From the NCBI GenBank assembly GCA_964016885.1, contig OZ024757.1, positions 20,956,001-21,020,000 of the forward strand: a DNA stretch of 64,000 bases. Direction: 5' to 3'. The stretch is from Eledone cirrhosa. Its lineage: Eukaryota. Below, in pieces: positions 14,222 to 27,156 of the stretch (positions within the stretch are counted from its first letter, which is position 1; each line of letters starts with the position of its first letter). The notes beneath the pieces are model-generated. The model was not told the DNA's origin. It made no database searches and worked only from the letters and a program-made list of their open reading frames with translations. A program made the translations under genes and the position numbers.

Positions 14222-14664
14222 TGGAGGCACATGGCTTAGTGGTTAGAGCATTGGCCTTGCAATCGAAAGGTTGTGAGTTCAATTCTCAGACCGGGTGATG
14301 TATTGTTTCCTTGAGCAAGACACTTTATTTCACATTGCTCCAGTTTACTCAGCTGTAGAAATGAGATGATAGGGACTGGGATCCCTATCATACCACTGCA
14401 AAGTGGTCGTGGAAGTGTCACGGCAAAAAAAACGCCCAGCCCACACTGTAAAGTGGACGTGTAGGCGCCACGGAAAAAAAGCACCCAGCAGTCACTGTAA
14501 ATGAGGTTGGTGTTAGGAAGGGCATCCAGCTGTAGAAATCAAGCCAGAATCAGTTCCCGTATGAGCAAGACAAGGTCAGCCGACCGGACACTTCCCACAA
14601 CAGGAACAACCCGTCTAACCCATGTTAGCGTGGAAGAACGGACGTAAAATGGTGATGATGATGA

Positions 14665-14668
<4 letters not shown>
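14222..14668 (+). mobile_element. SINE-A with chimeric RTE-B-type 3' terminus
   Basis: Full tRNA head and CORE domain; terminal ~95 bp match 21268-21363. Confidence 0.85.
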
Positions 14669-14721
<53 letters not shown>

Positions 14722-15492
14722 CCTGAAGGTGAAAAACAGCTATCTACAGGAAATTTGGTTGCTATTTCTAACAGAGTCAGCACACAGAAGCCTTCTTATG
14801 CTAGCTCATCTTTTTAATAGGTTGTCTTATTTAGTAGGATCTCGCCTGGATAACCCCCTCCCTCAGCCCTCCATAACAAGAGTAAATAAATAAATAAATA
14901 CAGAAAAAATATAAACAGAGAAAATAATAGATGAAACAGTCAAAACAAATCTACTTTTAAAATTGCTGCCACCCCGACTACCACCCCCAAGCCCACCCCA
15001 CCATATACTTTATATGAAGAAACCTTCTAATATCTGAAATTCTTCAAAACCTCTTACTAAGAGCAGCATCTGGTTTTTCACTTTTTGTTATACCTATTAT
15101 GACTAACATACAAAGGCCTGTGATTTGGTGATAGGTACAATACAGCCCAGCCACACAGCCACTTCTACACTCCAACACACACATCAGTACTAACCCAGCC
15201 ACACACACACACACACAAACACTCCAACACACACACCAGTATTAACCCAACAACACACACCAATATTAACCCAACACACACACACACAAAAACACTCCAA
15301 CACACACACATCAGTATTAACCCAACAACACACACACACACACAAAAACACTCCAACACACACACACACATCAGTATTAACCCAATAACACACACACACA
15401 CAAACACTCCAACACACACACCAGTATTAACCGAGCCACACAGCCACTCTAACACTCCAACTATCATTGAAAGCAACTTCTTTACACTTCCA

Positions 15493-15680
15493 TAATAATT
15501 GTTTCTACTTTAGGCACAAGGCCAGCAATTACCCCAGTGCATTACTGGTACTTTATTCTATCGACCCCGTAAGGATGAAAGGCAAAGTTAACCTCGGCGG
15601 GATTTGAACTCAGACCGCAAGGGGACGTAACTCTATGCCCCAAAGCATGGCGTCCGACCCTCTACCGATACTGCCATCCA
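15493..15680 (-). mobile_element. SINE-B
   Basis: Reverse complement of the 17432-17648 type unit. Confidence 0.85.
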
Positions 15681-16249
15681 TAATAATTGTAGTAATGGTT
15701 CCTGATTTAGGCCAGGGGAAAGGGGCAGTTGATTAAATCGACCCCAAATACTTTATCAACTCATATGATGAAAGGCTAAGTTGATCTCAGTAGGATTTGA
15801 ACTCAGAACATAAAGAGCCAGAACTCTGTGCCCCACACGTTACCAATTCTATCACTTACCTCAAAAAGCAATAAAAATATAAATACAGTCAATCCACCAC
15901 CCTTAATATTAATAAAATTAATAGTAATTATTGTGAAGAGGAATAGAATGAGATAGTTGGGACATGTGTTGAGGGAAGATGAAAGTGATTGGGTGAGAGG
16001 TGTGATCAAAATGTGGAAGGAAGTAGAGGAAGGGGCAGACCATGTAAGACATGAGTCATGATGATGGAGGAAGAAATGCAAGCCAAAGAGATGATAAGGG
16101 AAAATGAGGATAAGGAAAAATGGAGAAGCTTATCATGGGACCTGCAAGATTAACCCTTACTTTAGCAGGGAAAAACAGCCTTAGCACTTGTTATTGTCGC
16201 TCCAAATGGGGAAAAAATGGCTCTTTTTGTCAGTGATTGGCAGTCTTAA

Positions 16250-16548
16250 CCCTTTAATGTTCAAACCGGCCAAAACCGGCCAGAATTCTCTACCTCTTTC
16301 TGTTGAAACTGACTGTAACTGGTCACTCAAACTGATGTTAAGGTATTGTTCTCAAAATAAATACTTTCAAAATCTCATAGATTCGATATTATGTGAGATA
16401 ATTATGTGAGGTAAAGCCTTTACCATGAAAATATAATAGTATATATAGAGTAATGTGAATTTTATGTGAGATAATTATGTGAGGTAAAGCCTTTACCATG
16501 AAAATATAATAGTATATATATATATAAAATAATGTGAATGCTAAAGGG
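16250..16548. mobile_element. piggyBac-type MITE
   Basis: TTAA|CCCTTTAATGTTCA...TGAATGCTAAAGGG|TTAA; second copy at 56282-56806. Confidence 0.85.
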
Positions 16549-16789
16549 TTAAGGCCTATTTTGTGGTGAAGAGTCACATCTTACAAGAGGTGCCTCTGAT
16601 ACGGCTATCATGGGATAGTCTAGCCAAACAGGTAGGATCTAGGATCACAAAAATCCTGCTTGTTTCATAGTAAGCAGTAATTCATGCTATAATAATCAAT
16701 TTAATTAAATGACCTTGGTGTCATGAACAGCAGTGGCTTCACAGATGATTGACTAATACTTGGACAGTAGGCTGACACAACTGCCCCAG

Positions 16790-17190
16790 TTAGTCTTTTG
16801 TTACAAAGTTGTCATACCATTTTCCATTACAGTTGAACCCAAACTTTTCACATAATCTCCAATGCTGCCACTTTATCATGTCACCAAGTTTTGTATTCAT
16901 TCTGATACAATATGGCTAAATGTCTCATGTACCTTCCCACACATCCTACACAGTGGTGATAACCTTGTCCACATTAACCTTGATCCTATTAGTTCTTATT
17001 GCTTGGTCTTGGGCTGCCATAATCAAACCCTCTGTCTCCCATTTCAAGGGACCTCTTCTGTACCTATGTCCATCATTATCATTTCTGACAGCCGTTGTGT
17101 TTACTTCATAGGCTGAATATAATGGTTTCACTTCAAATATGGCTGTTCTCTGGTTATTTAGACTTTCTTTGTGAGTCTCCCTTTCCATCA
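16790..17190 (-). pseudogene. R4/Dong-like (RLE-type) non-LTR retrotransposon fragment
   Basis: LKWETEGLIMAAQDQAIRTN, then after a frameshift CRMCGKVHETFSHIVSE...HDKVAA (CCHC knuckle plus RHD-like motif). Confidence 0.8.
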
Positions 17191-17219
17191 GAGATTCTCC
17201 CTTTTATCATTATTATTAT

Positions 17220-18075
17220 GCGGTGGATTGGCAGTATCGGTAGAGGGTCGGACGTCATGCCTTGACGCATTGAGTTACGGCCCTTGCCATTCTGAGTTCA
17301 AATCCCGGCGAGGTTAACTTTGCCTTTCATCCTTACGGGATTCGATAAAATAAAGTACCAGTAATGCACTGGGATAATTGCTGGCCTTGTGCCAAAAGTA
17401 GAAACAATTATTATTATTATTATTATTTATTGGGCGGTGGATTGGCAGTATCGGTAGAGGGTTGGACGCCATGCTTTGCAGCATAGAGTTACGGCCCTTT
17501 ATGGTCTGAGTTCAAATCCCGCCGAGGTTAACTTTGCCTTTCATCCTTACGGGATTCGATAAAATAAAGTACCAGTAATGCACTGGGATAATTGCTGGCC
17601 TTGTGCCAAAAGTAGAAACAATTATTATTATTATAATTATTATTTATTGGGTGGTGGATTGGCAGTATCGGTAGAGGGTTGGACGCCATGCTTTGCAGCA
17701 TAGAGTTACGGCCCTTTATGGTCTGAATTCATGTCCCACCGAGGTTAACTTTGCCTTTCATCCTTACGGGGTCGATAAAATAAAGTACCAGTAATGCACT
17801 GGGGTAATTGCTGGCCTTGTGCCTAAAGTAGAAACAATTATTATTATTATTATTATTTTTTATTGGGCGGTGGATTGGCAGTATCGGTAGAGGGTTGGAC
17901 GCCATGCTTTGTAGCATAGAGTTACGGCCCTTTATGGTCTGAGTTCATGTCCCGCCGAGGTTAACTTTGCCTTTCATCCTTACTGGGGTCGATAAAATAA
18001 AGTACCAGTAATGCACTGGGGTAATTGCTGGCCTTGTGCCAAAAGTAGAAACAATTATTATTATTATTATTATTT
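17220..18075 (+). mobile_element. Four head-to-tail SINE-B copies separated by (ATT)n tails
   Basis: Units start at ~17220, 17432, 17649 and 17865; A-box-like tggcagtatcggt, B box gagttcaaatcc. Confidence 0.9.
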
Positions 18076-18709
18076 ATTTTTTTAAAACGATTTTAAAGAA
18101 AGGAAGTTGTATGACTTATGAGGAAAAAATAATATGCATAGCAAGTATTGTTATGTAAAGTATTGCTATGTTAGCTGATAAACAGGAAGTGACGTGAACA
18201 AGAAAATTAAATATAGCAAAAATAAATATAAGAATTAAAGCTAAAAAAACTAAAATAAAATAACTGAGTTGAGAGGTTGAGAATTGGGGGGAAATATATA
18301 TGCTAAGGAGTTTTAAAAGCAGTTGATTTAAGTAATGGAGATGGTGGATGGGGTAAACTGGGGAGGAGGAAACTAACCCCACCCTAACCACCACCACAAA
18401 CACTAAAACACACAATAATAAAAAAAAAAAAGTTAACAAAATACGAAAGCTATATTGTTATTTTGGGGGTTTTCTATGAAGATGATTAGAAAGTTCTTGA
18501 ATAAAAATGTTGAAGAGGTACTCTTGTAAAAAACAACAAAAAACCACCAACAAATTTGTATCATGGTTAACAAAACTGAACACACACATAAATATATATG
18601 TATATATTTACATATATAGATGTGTGTAACATTATCCACAACAGGACAACTCATCTAACCCATGCCAACATTGAAAAATGGACGTTAAACAATGATGTTG
18701 ATGATATGT

Positions 18710-18945
18710 ATATAGTTTAGGAATTATAACATCCAGTTACTGTAGGTTCACCATGGTCAATACATGGTCTCCAGTATATATTTTGGGGTTGCACTAAACA
18801 GAGTGTAATAATTGTTTCTACTTTTGGCACAAGGCCAGCAATTACTCCAGTGTATTACTGTTACTTTATTTTATCGACCCCCGTAAGGATGAAAGGCAAA
18901 GTTAACCTCGGCGGGATTTGAACTCAGACAAGAAAGGGCCATGTA
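18710..18945 (-). mobile_element. Partial SINE-B plus ~100-bp 3' flank shared with 48628-48924
   Basis: Direct sequence identity between the two loci. Confidence 0.75.
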
Positions 18946-19083
18946 ATAATAATAATAAAATAGTTGAGGTGCCAAATTTACATTACATTTATTGAGACAT
19001 GACGGGTGTTTCATGATTGATCAGCTCAAGGTTTGATCTGTACCGATCAGGCCCCAATCTGGAATCAAAAGTTCATCAGACTT

Positions 19084-19342
19084 CATCATCATCATCGTTT
19101 AACGTCCATCTTCCACGCTAGCATGGGTTTGGACAGGAATTTTACCACTTGAGGCAAGATTGGTTGTCTTGCTCGTATAGGACTGTCTGGCGGGTTTTCT
19201 ACAGCTGGATGCCCTTCCTAACACCAACCACGTTTACAGTGTGGACTAGGAGGTTTTTACTGTGTTACCTACACGGCCACATTACAGCGTGGACTGTGTG
19301 TTTTTTTTGTCGTGACACCTACACGACCTCATTTCGGTTGTG
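19084..19342 (-). mobile_element. RTE family A 3' UTR fragment
   Basis: Reverse complement of the 8690-8945 type sequence. Confidence 0.8.
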
Positions 19343-19410
19343 GTAATTACTAATCAATTGAGAATGCGCATCACACCTCAATAAATGTAATGTAGATTTG
19401 ACACCACATC

Positions 19411-19442
<32 letters not shown>

Positions 19443-19490
19443 CACATAACAATCTATCTATCTGTCTCTCTCTCTCTATATATATATATT

Positions 19491-21363
19491 ATGAAGATGG
19501 GGAAGGCAACCGGTCCATCGGGTATAGCTGCCGAGATGCTGAAGGCATCTGGGTCTGTAGGTCACACTATAACCACACCTATTGTTAACCAGGTAATACT
19601 AGAAGGTGTCATACCAAAAGATTGGTGCAGTAGCATCATTGTCAACTGCTACAAAGGTAAAGGTGATGCACTCGATAGAGGAAACTATAGAGGTATAAAG
19701 CTGATGGACCAGGTCATGAAAGTAACAGAAAGAGTTATAGCACAGTTGATTAGGGACCGGGTGAAACTAGATGAGATGCAATTTGGGTTTGTACCAGGAA
19801 GAGGCACCACTGATGCCCTCTTCCTTGTGAGGCAGTTACAGGAAAAGTATCTAGCTAAAAGTAAGCCACTCTACCTGGCATTCGTCGATCTTGAGAAAGC
19901 CTTTGACAGAGTTCCACGTGCTGTAATCTGGTGGGCTCTTAGAAAACTAGGAGTAGATGAATGGTTTGTGAAAGCTGTACAAGCCATGTATAGGGGAGCA
20001 GTCAGCATAGTTAGGATTAGCAATGAGTATAGCGAGGAATTTAGTGTACAGGTTGGTGTCCACCAGGGCTCTGTTCTTAGCCCTCTCCTGTTCATCATAG
20101 TCCTGCAGGCAATAACGGAGGAGTTTAAGACCGGATGCCCATGGGAACTCCTGTATGCTGATGACCTCGCACTTATAGCTGAATCTATGGTAGAACTAGA
20201 GAAGAAATTCCAAACTTGGAAGCAGGGACTAGAAAGAAAGGGTCTCAAAGTCAACATGACAAAGACTAAGGTCCTTGTAAGTAGACTAGAAGACAGAACC
20301 CTCAGGGAAATTGCCTTGCTCAGTATGTAGGAAAGGTGTAGGTAGGAACTCCATTCTCTGCCCCAAATGCAAACAATGGGTACACAAGAGATGTAGCGGG
20401 ATCTCAGGAAGCTTAATTAACAATGTAGGATTCACATGCAGCAAACAGCCACAGGAAACAAGTACGACCAAACTCTGGGAGGGCTCTGTAGAAAGAGTAG
20501 ACAGCTTCTGCTACCTAGGTGACCGAATTAGCAGCGGAGGTGGGTGTTCAGAAAGTACAATAACTAGGGTAAGAACGGGATGGAAGAAGTTTAGGGAACT
20601 ACTACCACTGCTAGCTGTAAAAGACTTCTCCCTCAAAATGAAAGGCAGACTATGATGCGTGTATCCGAACAGCGATGTTGCATGGTAGTGAGACCTGGGC
20701 GCTGAAGGTGGAAGACTTACGTAGATTAGAGAGAAACGAAGCCTGCATGCTCCGATGGATGTGTAATAGTAATATACGCGTACGACAAAGCATAAATGAA
20801 TTGAGAGAGAGAGACTGAGCATAAGAAGAATCAAATGCTGTGTGCAGGAGAGGCGGTTACGTTGGTATGGACATGTGATGCGTATGAAGGATGACAGCTG
20901 CACAAACAGGTGTAGAGCACTAGAAGTCGATGGAAACCGCGGAGTGGGGAGACCCAAGATGACCTGGGATGAGGTGATAAAAGCCGACCTTACCCAATTA
21001 CACCTCTCAAAGGCAATGACACACGACCGTGACCTCTGGCGTCACGCAGTAATACAGAGTACCCGACCTCCCATGGGTACAAGCTGAAGCATATAGACAA
21101 TATGCCCCCACACTCCCCACTGCAAGGTGGTCGTGGAGGTGCCACGGCAAAAAAGCACCCAGCCCACACTGTAAAGTGGACGTGTAGGCACCACGAAAAA
21201 GCACCCACCACTCACTGTAAATGAGGTTGGTGTTAGGAAGGGCATCCAGCTGTAGAAATCAAGCCATGGTCAGCCGACCAGACACTGCCCACAACAGGAC
21301 AACCCGTCTAACCCATGCTCGCGTGGAAGAACGGACGTAATACGGTGGTGATGATGATGATGA
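19491..21363 (+). mobile_element. RTE-clade LINE (family B), 5'-truncated, RT disrupted by frameshifts
   Basis: RT motifs [40 protein letters not shown]; PHD-like CSVC...CPKC..WVHKRC; RLRWYGHV...GRPKMTW; frameshifts at ~20305, ~20650 and ~20810; (GAT)n tail. Confidence 0.95.
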
Positions 21364-21384
21364 TTATATATATATAAAGATATG

Positions 21385-21480
21385 TTTCTTTATTAGCCAC
21401 AGGGGCACAAAAGAAGGGGACAAATACAAAGGGGGAAGTTTACATACAATAAAAACGTGTAAAATATCACAAATGCAATA
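21385..21480 (-). mobile_element. Tx1-like LINE extreme 3' end
   Basis: Reverse complement matches 6410-6475. Confidence 0.6.
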
Positions 21481-21512
21481 TATATATAGATAGATAGATA
21501 TATACATATACA

Positions 21513-21879
21513 TGTGTTATTTCCTTGAGCAAGACACTTTATTTCACATTGCTCCAGTTTACTCAGCTGTAGAAATGAGATGATAGGGACTGGGGTCCAT
21601 ATCATTCCACTGTAAAGTGGTCGTGGAGGTGCCACGGCAAAAAAGCACCCAGCACACACTGTAAAGTGGTCGTGGAGGTGCCACGGCAAAAAAGCACCCA
21701 GCACACACTGTAAAGTGGTCGTGGAGGTGCCATGGCAAAAAAGCACCCAGCACTCACTGTAAATGAGGTTGGTGTTAGGAAGGGCATCCAGCTGTAGAAA
21801 TCAAGCCAGAATCAGATCCCGGTCCACCCTTGCGAGCAGGGAAAAGCGGACGTAAAATGATGATAATGATGATGACGAT
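21513..21879 (+). mobile_element. 5'-truncated SINE-A with a triplicated 49-bp tail module
   Basis: cactgtaaagtggtcgtggaggtgccacggcaaaaaagcacccagcaca x3. Confidence 0.85.
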
Positions 21880-22449
21880 ATATATATATAATTGTAGCTA
21901 TATATATATATATATATATATATATAATGTGGGTAATAATAAATATTAACCAATTACAAGTATGAATATATATATATATAGTACTCCCCTTTCAGTATCA
22001 ATAACAATTATACAAATATAATTATACACTTCTAATTGTATTGAGGTTTATATTCTTAATGAATTTCTTGAAATGCTAAAAAAAAAGAAAAAGAGTGGAG
22101 CAGCAAATCGATAGCATAGTATGGAATAATTATATTAATTATTGTTAATTATCGGAAATGTTCGTTACTAAGAGAAATGAAAATGAACATAATCAATAGC
22201 AGTGGTGAATATAATAATAATGATTTCTTATATAGGCACAAGGCCAGCAATTTTGAAGTGGGGAAAGGCGATTAAATCAACCCCAGTGCGGGACTGGTAC
22301 TTTATTTTATCGACCTTATAAGGATGAAAGGCAAAGCTTACCTTGCTGTGATTTGAACTCACAATGTAAAAGGATATAATTTCTATGTCATGAAGCATGG
22401 TGGCCGATGCTCTACCAATTCTAACCAGCCAAGGAATGAACAAATCTTT

Positions 22450-23938
22450 CAACCAACCAGCTCACCAATCTACCAGCTAACCAACCAACTAGCTCACCAA
22501 TCTACCAGCTCACCAACCAACCACCTCACCAATCTACCAGCTAACGAACCAACCAGCTAACCAACCAACCAGCTCACCAATCTACCATCTAACCAACCAG
22601 CCAGCTCACCAATCTACCATCTAACCAACCAACCACCTCACCAATCTACCATCTAACCAACCAGCCAGCTCACCAATCTACCAGCTAACCAAACAACCAG
22701 CTCACCAATCTACCATCTAACCAAACAACCAGATCACCAATCTACCAGCTAACCAACCAGCTCGCCAATCTACCATCTAACCAACCAACCACCTCACCAA
22801 TCTACCAGCTAACCAACCAGCCAGCTCACCAATCTACCAGCTAACCAAACAACCAGCTCACCAATCTACCATCTAACCAAACAACCAGCTCACCAATCTA
22901 CCAGCTAACCAAACAACCAGCTCACCAATCTACCATCTAACCAAACAACCAGATCACCAATCTACCAGCTAACCAACCAGCTCGCCAATCTACCATCTAA
23001 CCAACCAACCAGATCACCAATCTACCAGCTAACCAACCAACCACCTCACCAATCTACCATCTAACCAACCAACCACCTCACTAATCTACCAGCTAACCAA
23101 CCAGCCAGCTCACCAACCTACCAGCTAACCAACCAACCACCTCACTAACCTACCATCTAACCAACCAACCAGATCACCAATATACCAGCTAACCAACCAA
23201 CCACCTCACCAATCTACCATCTAACCAACCAACCACCTCACCAATCTACCATCTAACCAACCAACCACCTCACCAATCTACCATCTAACCAACCAACCAG
23301 ATCACCAATATACCAGCTAACCAAACAACCACCTCACCAATCTACCAGCTAACCAACCAACCACCTCACCAATCTACCAGCTAACCAACCAGCCAGCTCA
23401 CCAATCTACCAGCTCACCAATCTACCAGCTAACCAACCAACCACCTCACCAATCTACCAGCTAACCAACCAACCAGCTAACCAACCTACCAGCTAACCAA
23501 CCAACCACCTCACCAATCTACCAGCTAACCAACCAACCAGCTAACCAACCTACCAGCTAACCAACCTACCAGCTAACCAACCAACCACCTCACCAATCTA
23601 CCAGCTAACCAACCTACCAGCTAACCAACCAACCACCTCACCAACCTACCAGCTAACCAACCAACCAGCTAACCAACCTACCAGCTAACCAACCTACCAG
23701 CTAACCAACCAACCACCTCACCAATCTACCAGCTAACCAACCTACCAGCTAACCAACCAACCACCTCACCAATCTACCAGCTAACCAACCAACCACCTCA
23801 CCAATCTACCACCTCACCAACCAACCAGCTAACCAACCTACCAGCTAACCAACCTACCAGCTAACCAACCAACCAGCTCACCAATCTACCAGCTAACCAA
23901 CCAGATCACCAATCTACCAGCTAACCAACCAACCAACC
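22450..23938. repeat. C/A-rich minisatellite built from 12-16-bp subunits
   Basis: accaatctaccagcta / accaaccaaccacctc variants. Confidence 0.9.
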
Positions 23939-25129
23939 ATTGGTATTTTGGTAACATAGTTACACTGCCTTATTTTCTATTTTTATGTTTATTGTTGTTT
24001 TATTTGATTATATGTTTATGGTTTTATACTATGTTTTATATTGTTTTTATTTTGTTCTACAATTTGTAGTTAGAACATGTTTCCAACTTCAAAACATTTA
24101 CACAAAAATACTAGAGAAAAAAAGTTCAAACATTTCCCCAAAAGCAACCGTTCTACCATATAGCGGAAGTGATGTCTAGTTTTTCTGGTTTTGTTTTTGT
24201 TTTTGTTTTAGCTTGCAAAAAAAAAAACGAGGTAAATAGTGTATAATTTTATATTCTTCCATTCTTTGACTGGTATCAGTCAGTAGAATGCAGTCATACT
24301 GGGGTTTCATCTTTAAGGATTCTAGTTTATAATATCTACCCCAGTATTTTGCTATCAGAAGATAAAAGGAAATATTGACTGAATATCTGGAGAAATTATT
24401 GACTGATGTTCAATAAAATTATATACATTTTTGAAAAGTATGTTTGTTTATTTAGAAAGCCATGATATGCAGCAAATGGGTTAGATTGCCAAGGGAATTG
24501 GGAGAAAAAGTAAAATAAAAGAAAGGATGAATGATTGAAAGTTACCTTATCAATTTATTATTCGCCAAATTTTTTGGATTAACCATCCATTACCAAGGGG
24601 GTCCATAGGAGGGAGATTTGGAGAAAAAAAAAAAATGGAGATTTTTTTCTTGGTGGCTGTTTAACCTACTTACATTGCATAGCTTTCTATACAAATTGAC
24701 ATTTCAGTTTCATACTCCACAATGCTTCAAGTAAACTATCACATCTTTAAATCAATTTTTATTTTGGATGTGTATGTTTTCCTCATTGGGTTGCCTTCAA
24801 TACAATGTAATATGTAATGTAAAATATAAAATTGACAGTCATCCGAATGTTGTATACTCATTAAGACTTTCTGAACTCAAGTTCAAAATATGCCAAGGTT
24901 AACTTTGCCTTTCATTCTCTTTCTCCTCTCCTTCTTTGGAAGAAATTGGTTGTGTTCAGACCTGTAGAGAGGATGGACTCCACAAGGTTTTAAATGCCCA
25001 AGACATGTTGTATATAATTGTGGTAAACCCTATGACCCAGTCAGGCATTATGGATCAACACATATATACAAAATGTAAAATCTAAAATGCCACTCAATGC
25101 ACAATTGGGGCTTCTAAAGGCAGGTACTT

Positions 25130-26195
25130 GTATCATGGCACCTGCAGACCACCTGACAGAGTTCACTGGATGCATTTTATTGTGGCTCCTGCACGACCAC
25201 CTGACAGAGTTCACTGGATGCATTTTATTGTGGCTCCTGCACGACCACCTGACAGAGTTCACTGGATGCATTTTATTGTGGCTCCAGCATTTAGACTTTA
25301 CAATGTGAGCTGGGTGCATTTTAGCGTGGCACCACCACTAAAAGTTTGCAGGCTGGGTTGCATGCATCCATTTTATCATGACACCAGCATTGTCACATTA
25401 TACACTTTACCGAGTGCATATTTCTGTGGAACCAGTACTACCATTTTACAGAGTGTACTGTGTGCACTTTATCATGGCACCAGTACTGCCACTTTACAAA
25501 ATGTACTGGTTGCATTTTAAGATGGCGCCAACACTATCATTTTACAAACTTTACTGGGTGTATTTTATCATAGCAAATACACTACCACTTTACAGAGTGT
25601 ACTGGGTGAATTTCATCATGACACCAGCACTACCACTTTACAGAAGTGTACTGGGTGTATTTTATCATGACACTATCGCTTCAACTTTACAGAGTGTACT
25701 GGGTGTATTTTATCATGACATCATTGCTACAACTTTACAGAGTGTACTGGGTGTATTTTATCATGACATCATTGCTACAACTTTACAGAGTGTACTGGGT
25801 GTATTTTATCATGACATCATTGCTACAACTTTACAGAGTGTACTGGGTGTATTTTATCATGACATCATTGCTACAACTTTACAGAGTGTACCGAGTGTAT
25901 TTTATCATGACATCATTGCTACAACTTTACAGAGTGTACTGGGTGTATTTTATCATGACATCATTGCTACAACTTTACAGAGTGTACTGGGTTAATTTTA
26001 TCATGACATCATTGCTACAACTTTACAGAGTGTACTGGGTTAATTTTATCATGATATCATTGCTACAACTTTACAGAGTGTACTGGGTGTATTTTATCAT
26101 GACATCATTGCTACAACTTTACAGAGTGTACTGGGTGTATTTTATCATGACATCATTGCTACAACTTTACAGAGTGTACTGGGTGCATTTCATCA
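25130..26195 (-). repeat. 48-bp tandem array derived from the SINE/RTE tail module
   Basis: Unit cagagtgtactgggtgtattttatcatgacatcattgctacaacttta; its reverse complement aligns to taaagtggtcgtggaggtgccacggcaaaaaagcacccagcacacactg. Confidence 0.8.
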
Positions 26196-27023
26196 TGTAT
26201 ATTTACATATAGTTTACAATTTGATTAGTTCAGCCTGTAATTTCTATCAAGTACACTTTTTTCATTATATGTGTACTCTTTTCATTGGTCACAGTCAGTA
26301 GACTATGGCCATGCTGGGGCACTGCTTTGATCTAGTCAATCATATTGACCACAGTACTTATCTTTTCAAGTCTGGTACTTATTGATCTCTTTTATCTAAC
26401 TGCTATGCTACATGACATAAACACAAGGTATTGATCACCCTGAGGCTATAGTACAACTATCACCATCAGCACTAAGAACACAACCACTACCACCACCATC
26501 ACCACTACTCTACCACCACCACCACTACTACCACCACCCAGTCACCACTACTACTACTACCACTACCCCTTAGCATGGCCACCAATGTAAATATTCTAGC
26601 AACTGTTATGAAAGCTGCAGCCAAATCATTATTCCAATGCAATAACAAACATACGCAGTCAATAAGAACTTCACTGTTTCTGTTAATCAAGGCAGTTAAA
26701 CCATGCATGAGTGACCTGGGCACTACACATCCTTGCATCTGTTTAATCTAAATAGGTGTTTAAGAATTTGTGCAATCGTATTCAGCAGTGAAGCCTGAAT
26801 AAACAGGCTGCTAGGTTAAATCACGCTAATTTCGGATTGCTCTAGATCTTTTCAGATTGTTCTAGATCTTCTCAGAAAAGTAACTTCTTAATGAGAGAGA
26901 GATATATGCTGTACAGGTTTTATTTGACTAATTATACAGCATTCAGCCCTACCACACCACAGATCACACTTTTTTCATAATTGGATCTTCAAATTTTAGT
27001 CTTCATATATACATTTATATACA

Positions 27024-27132
<109 letters not shown>

Positions 27133-27156
27133 ATACATATATATATTTATATATAT

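Noticed and set aside
14222-14295. SINE heads as functional tRNA genes
   Set aside because: A and B boxes are present but there is no proper acceptor stem, and each continues into a SINE body
25378-26212. 205-aa and 188-aa repeat ORFs
   Set aside because: A 48-bp unit is a multiple of 3, so frames stay open passively; the sequence derives from a SINE tail module
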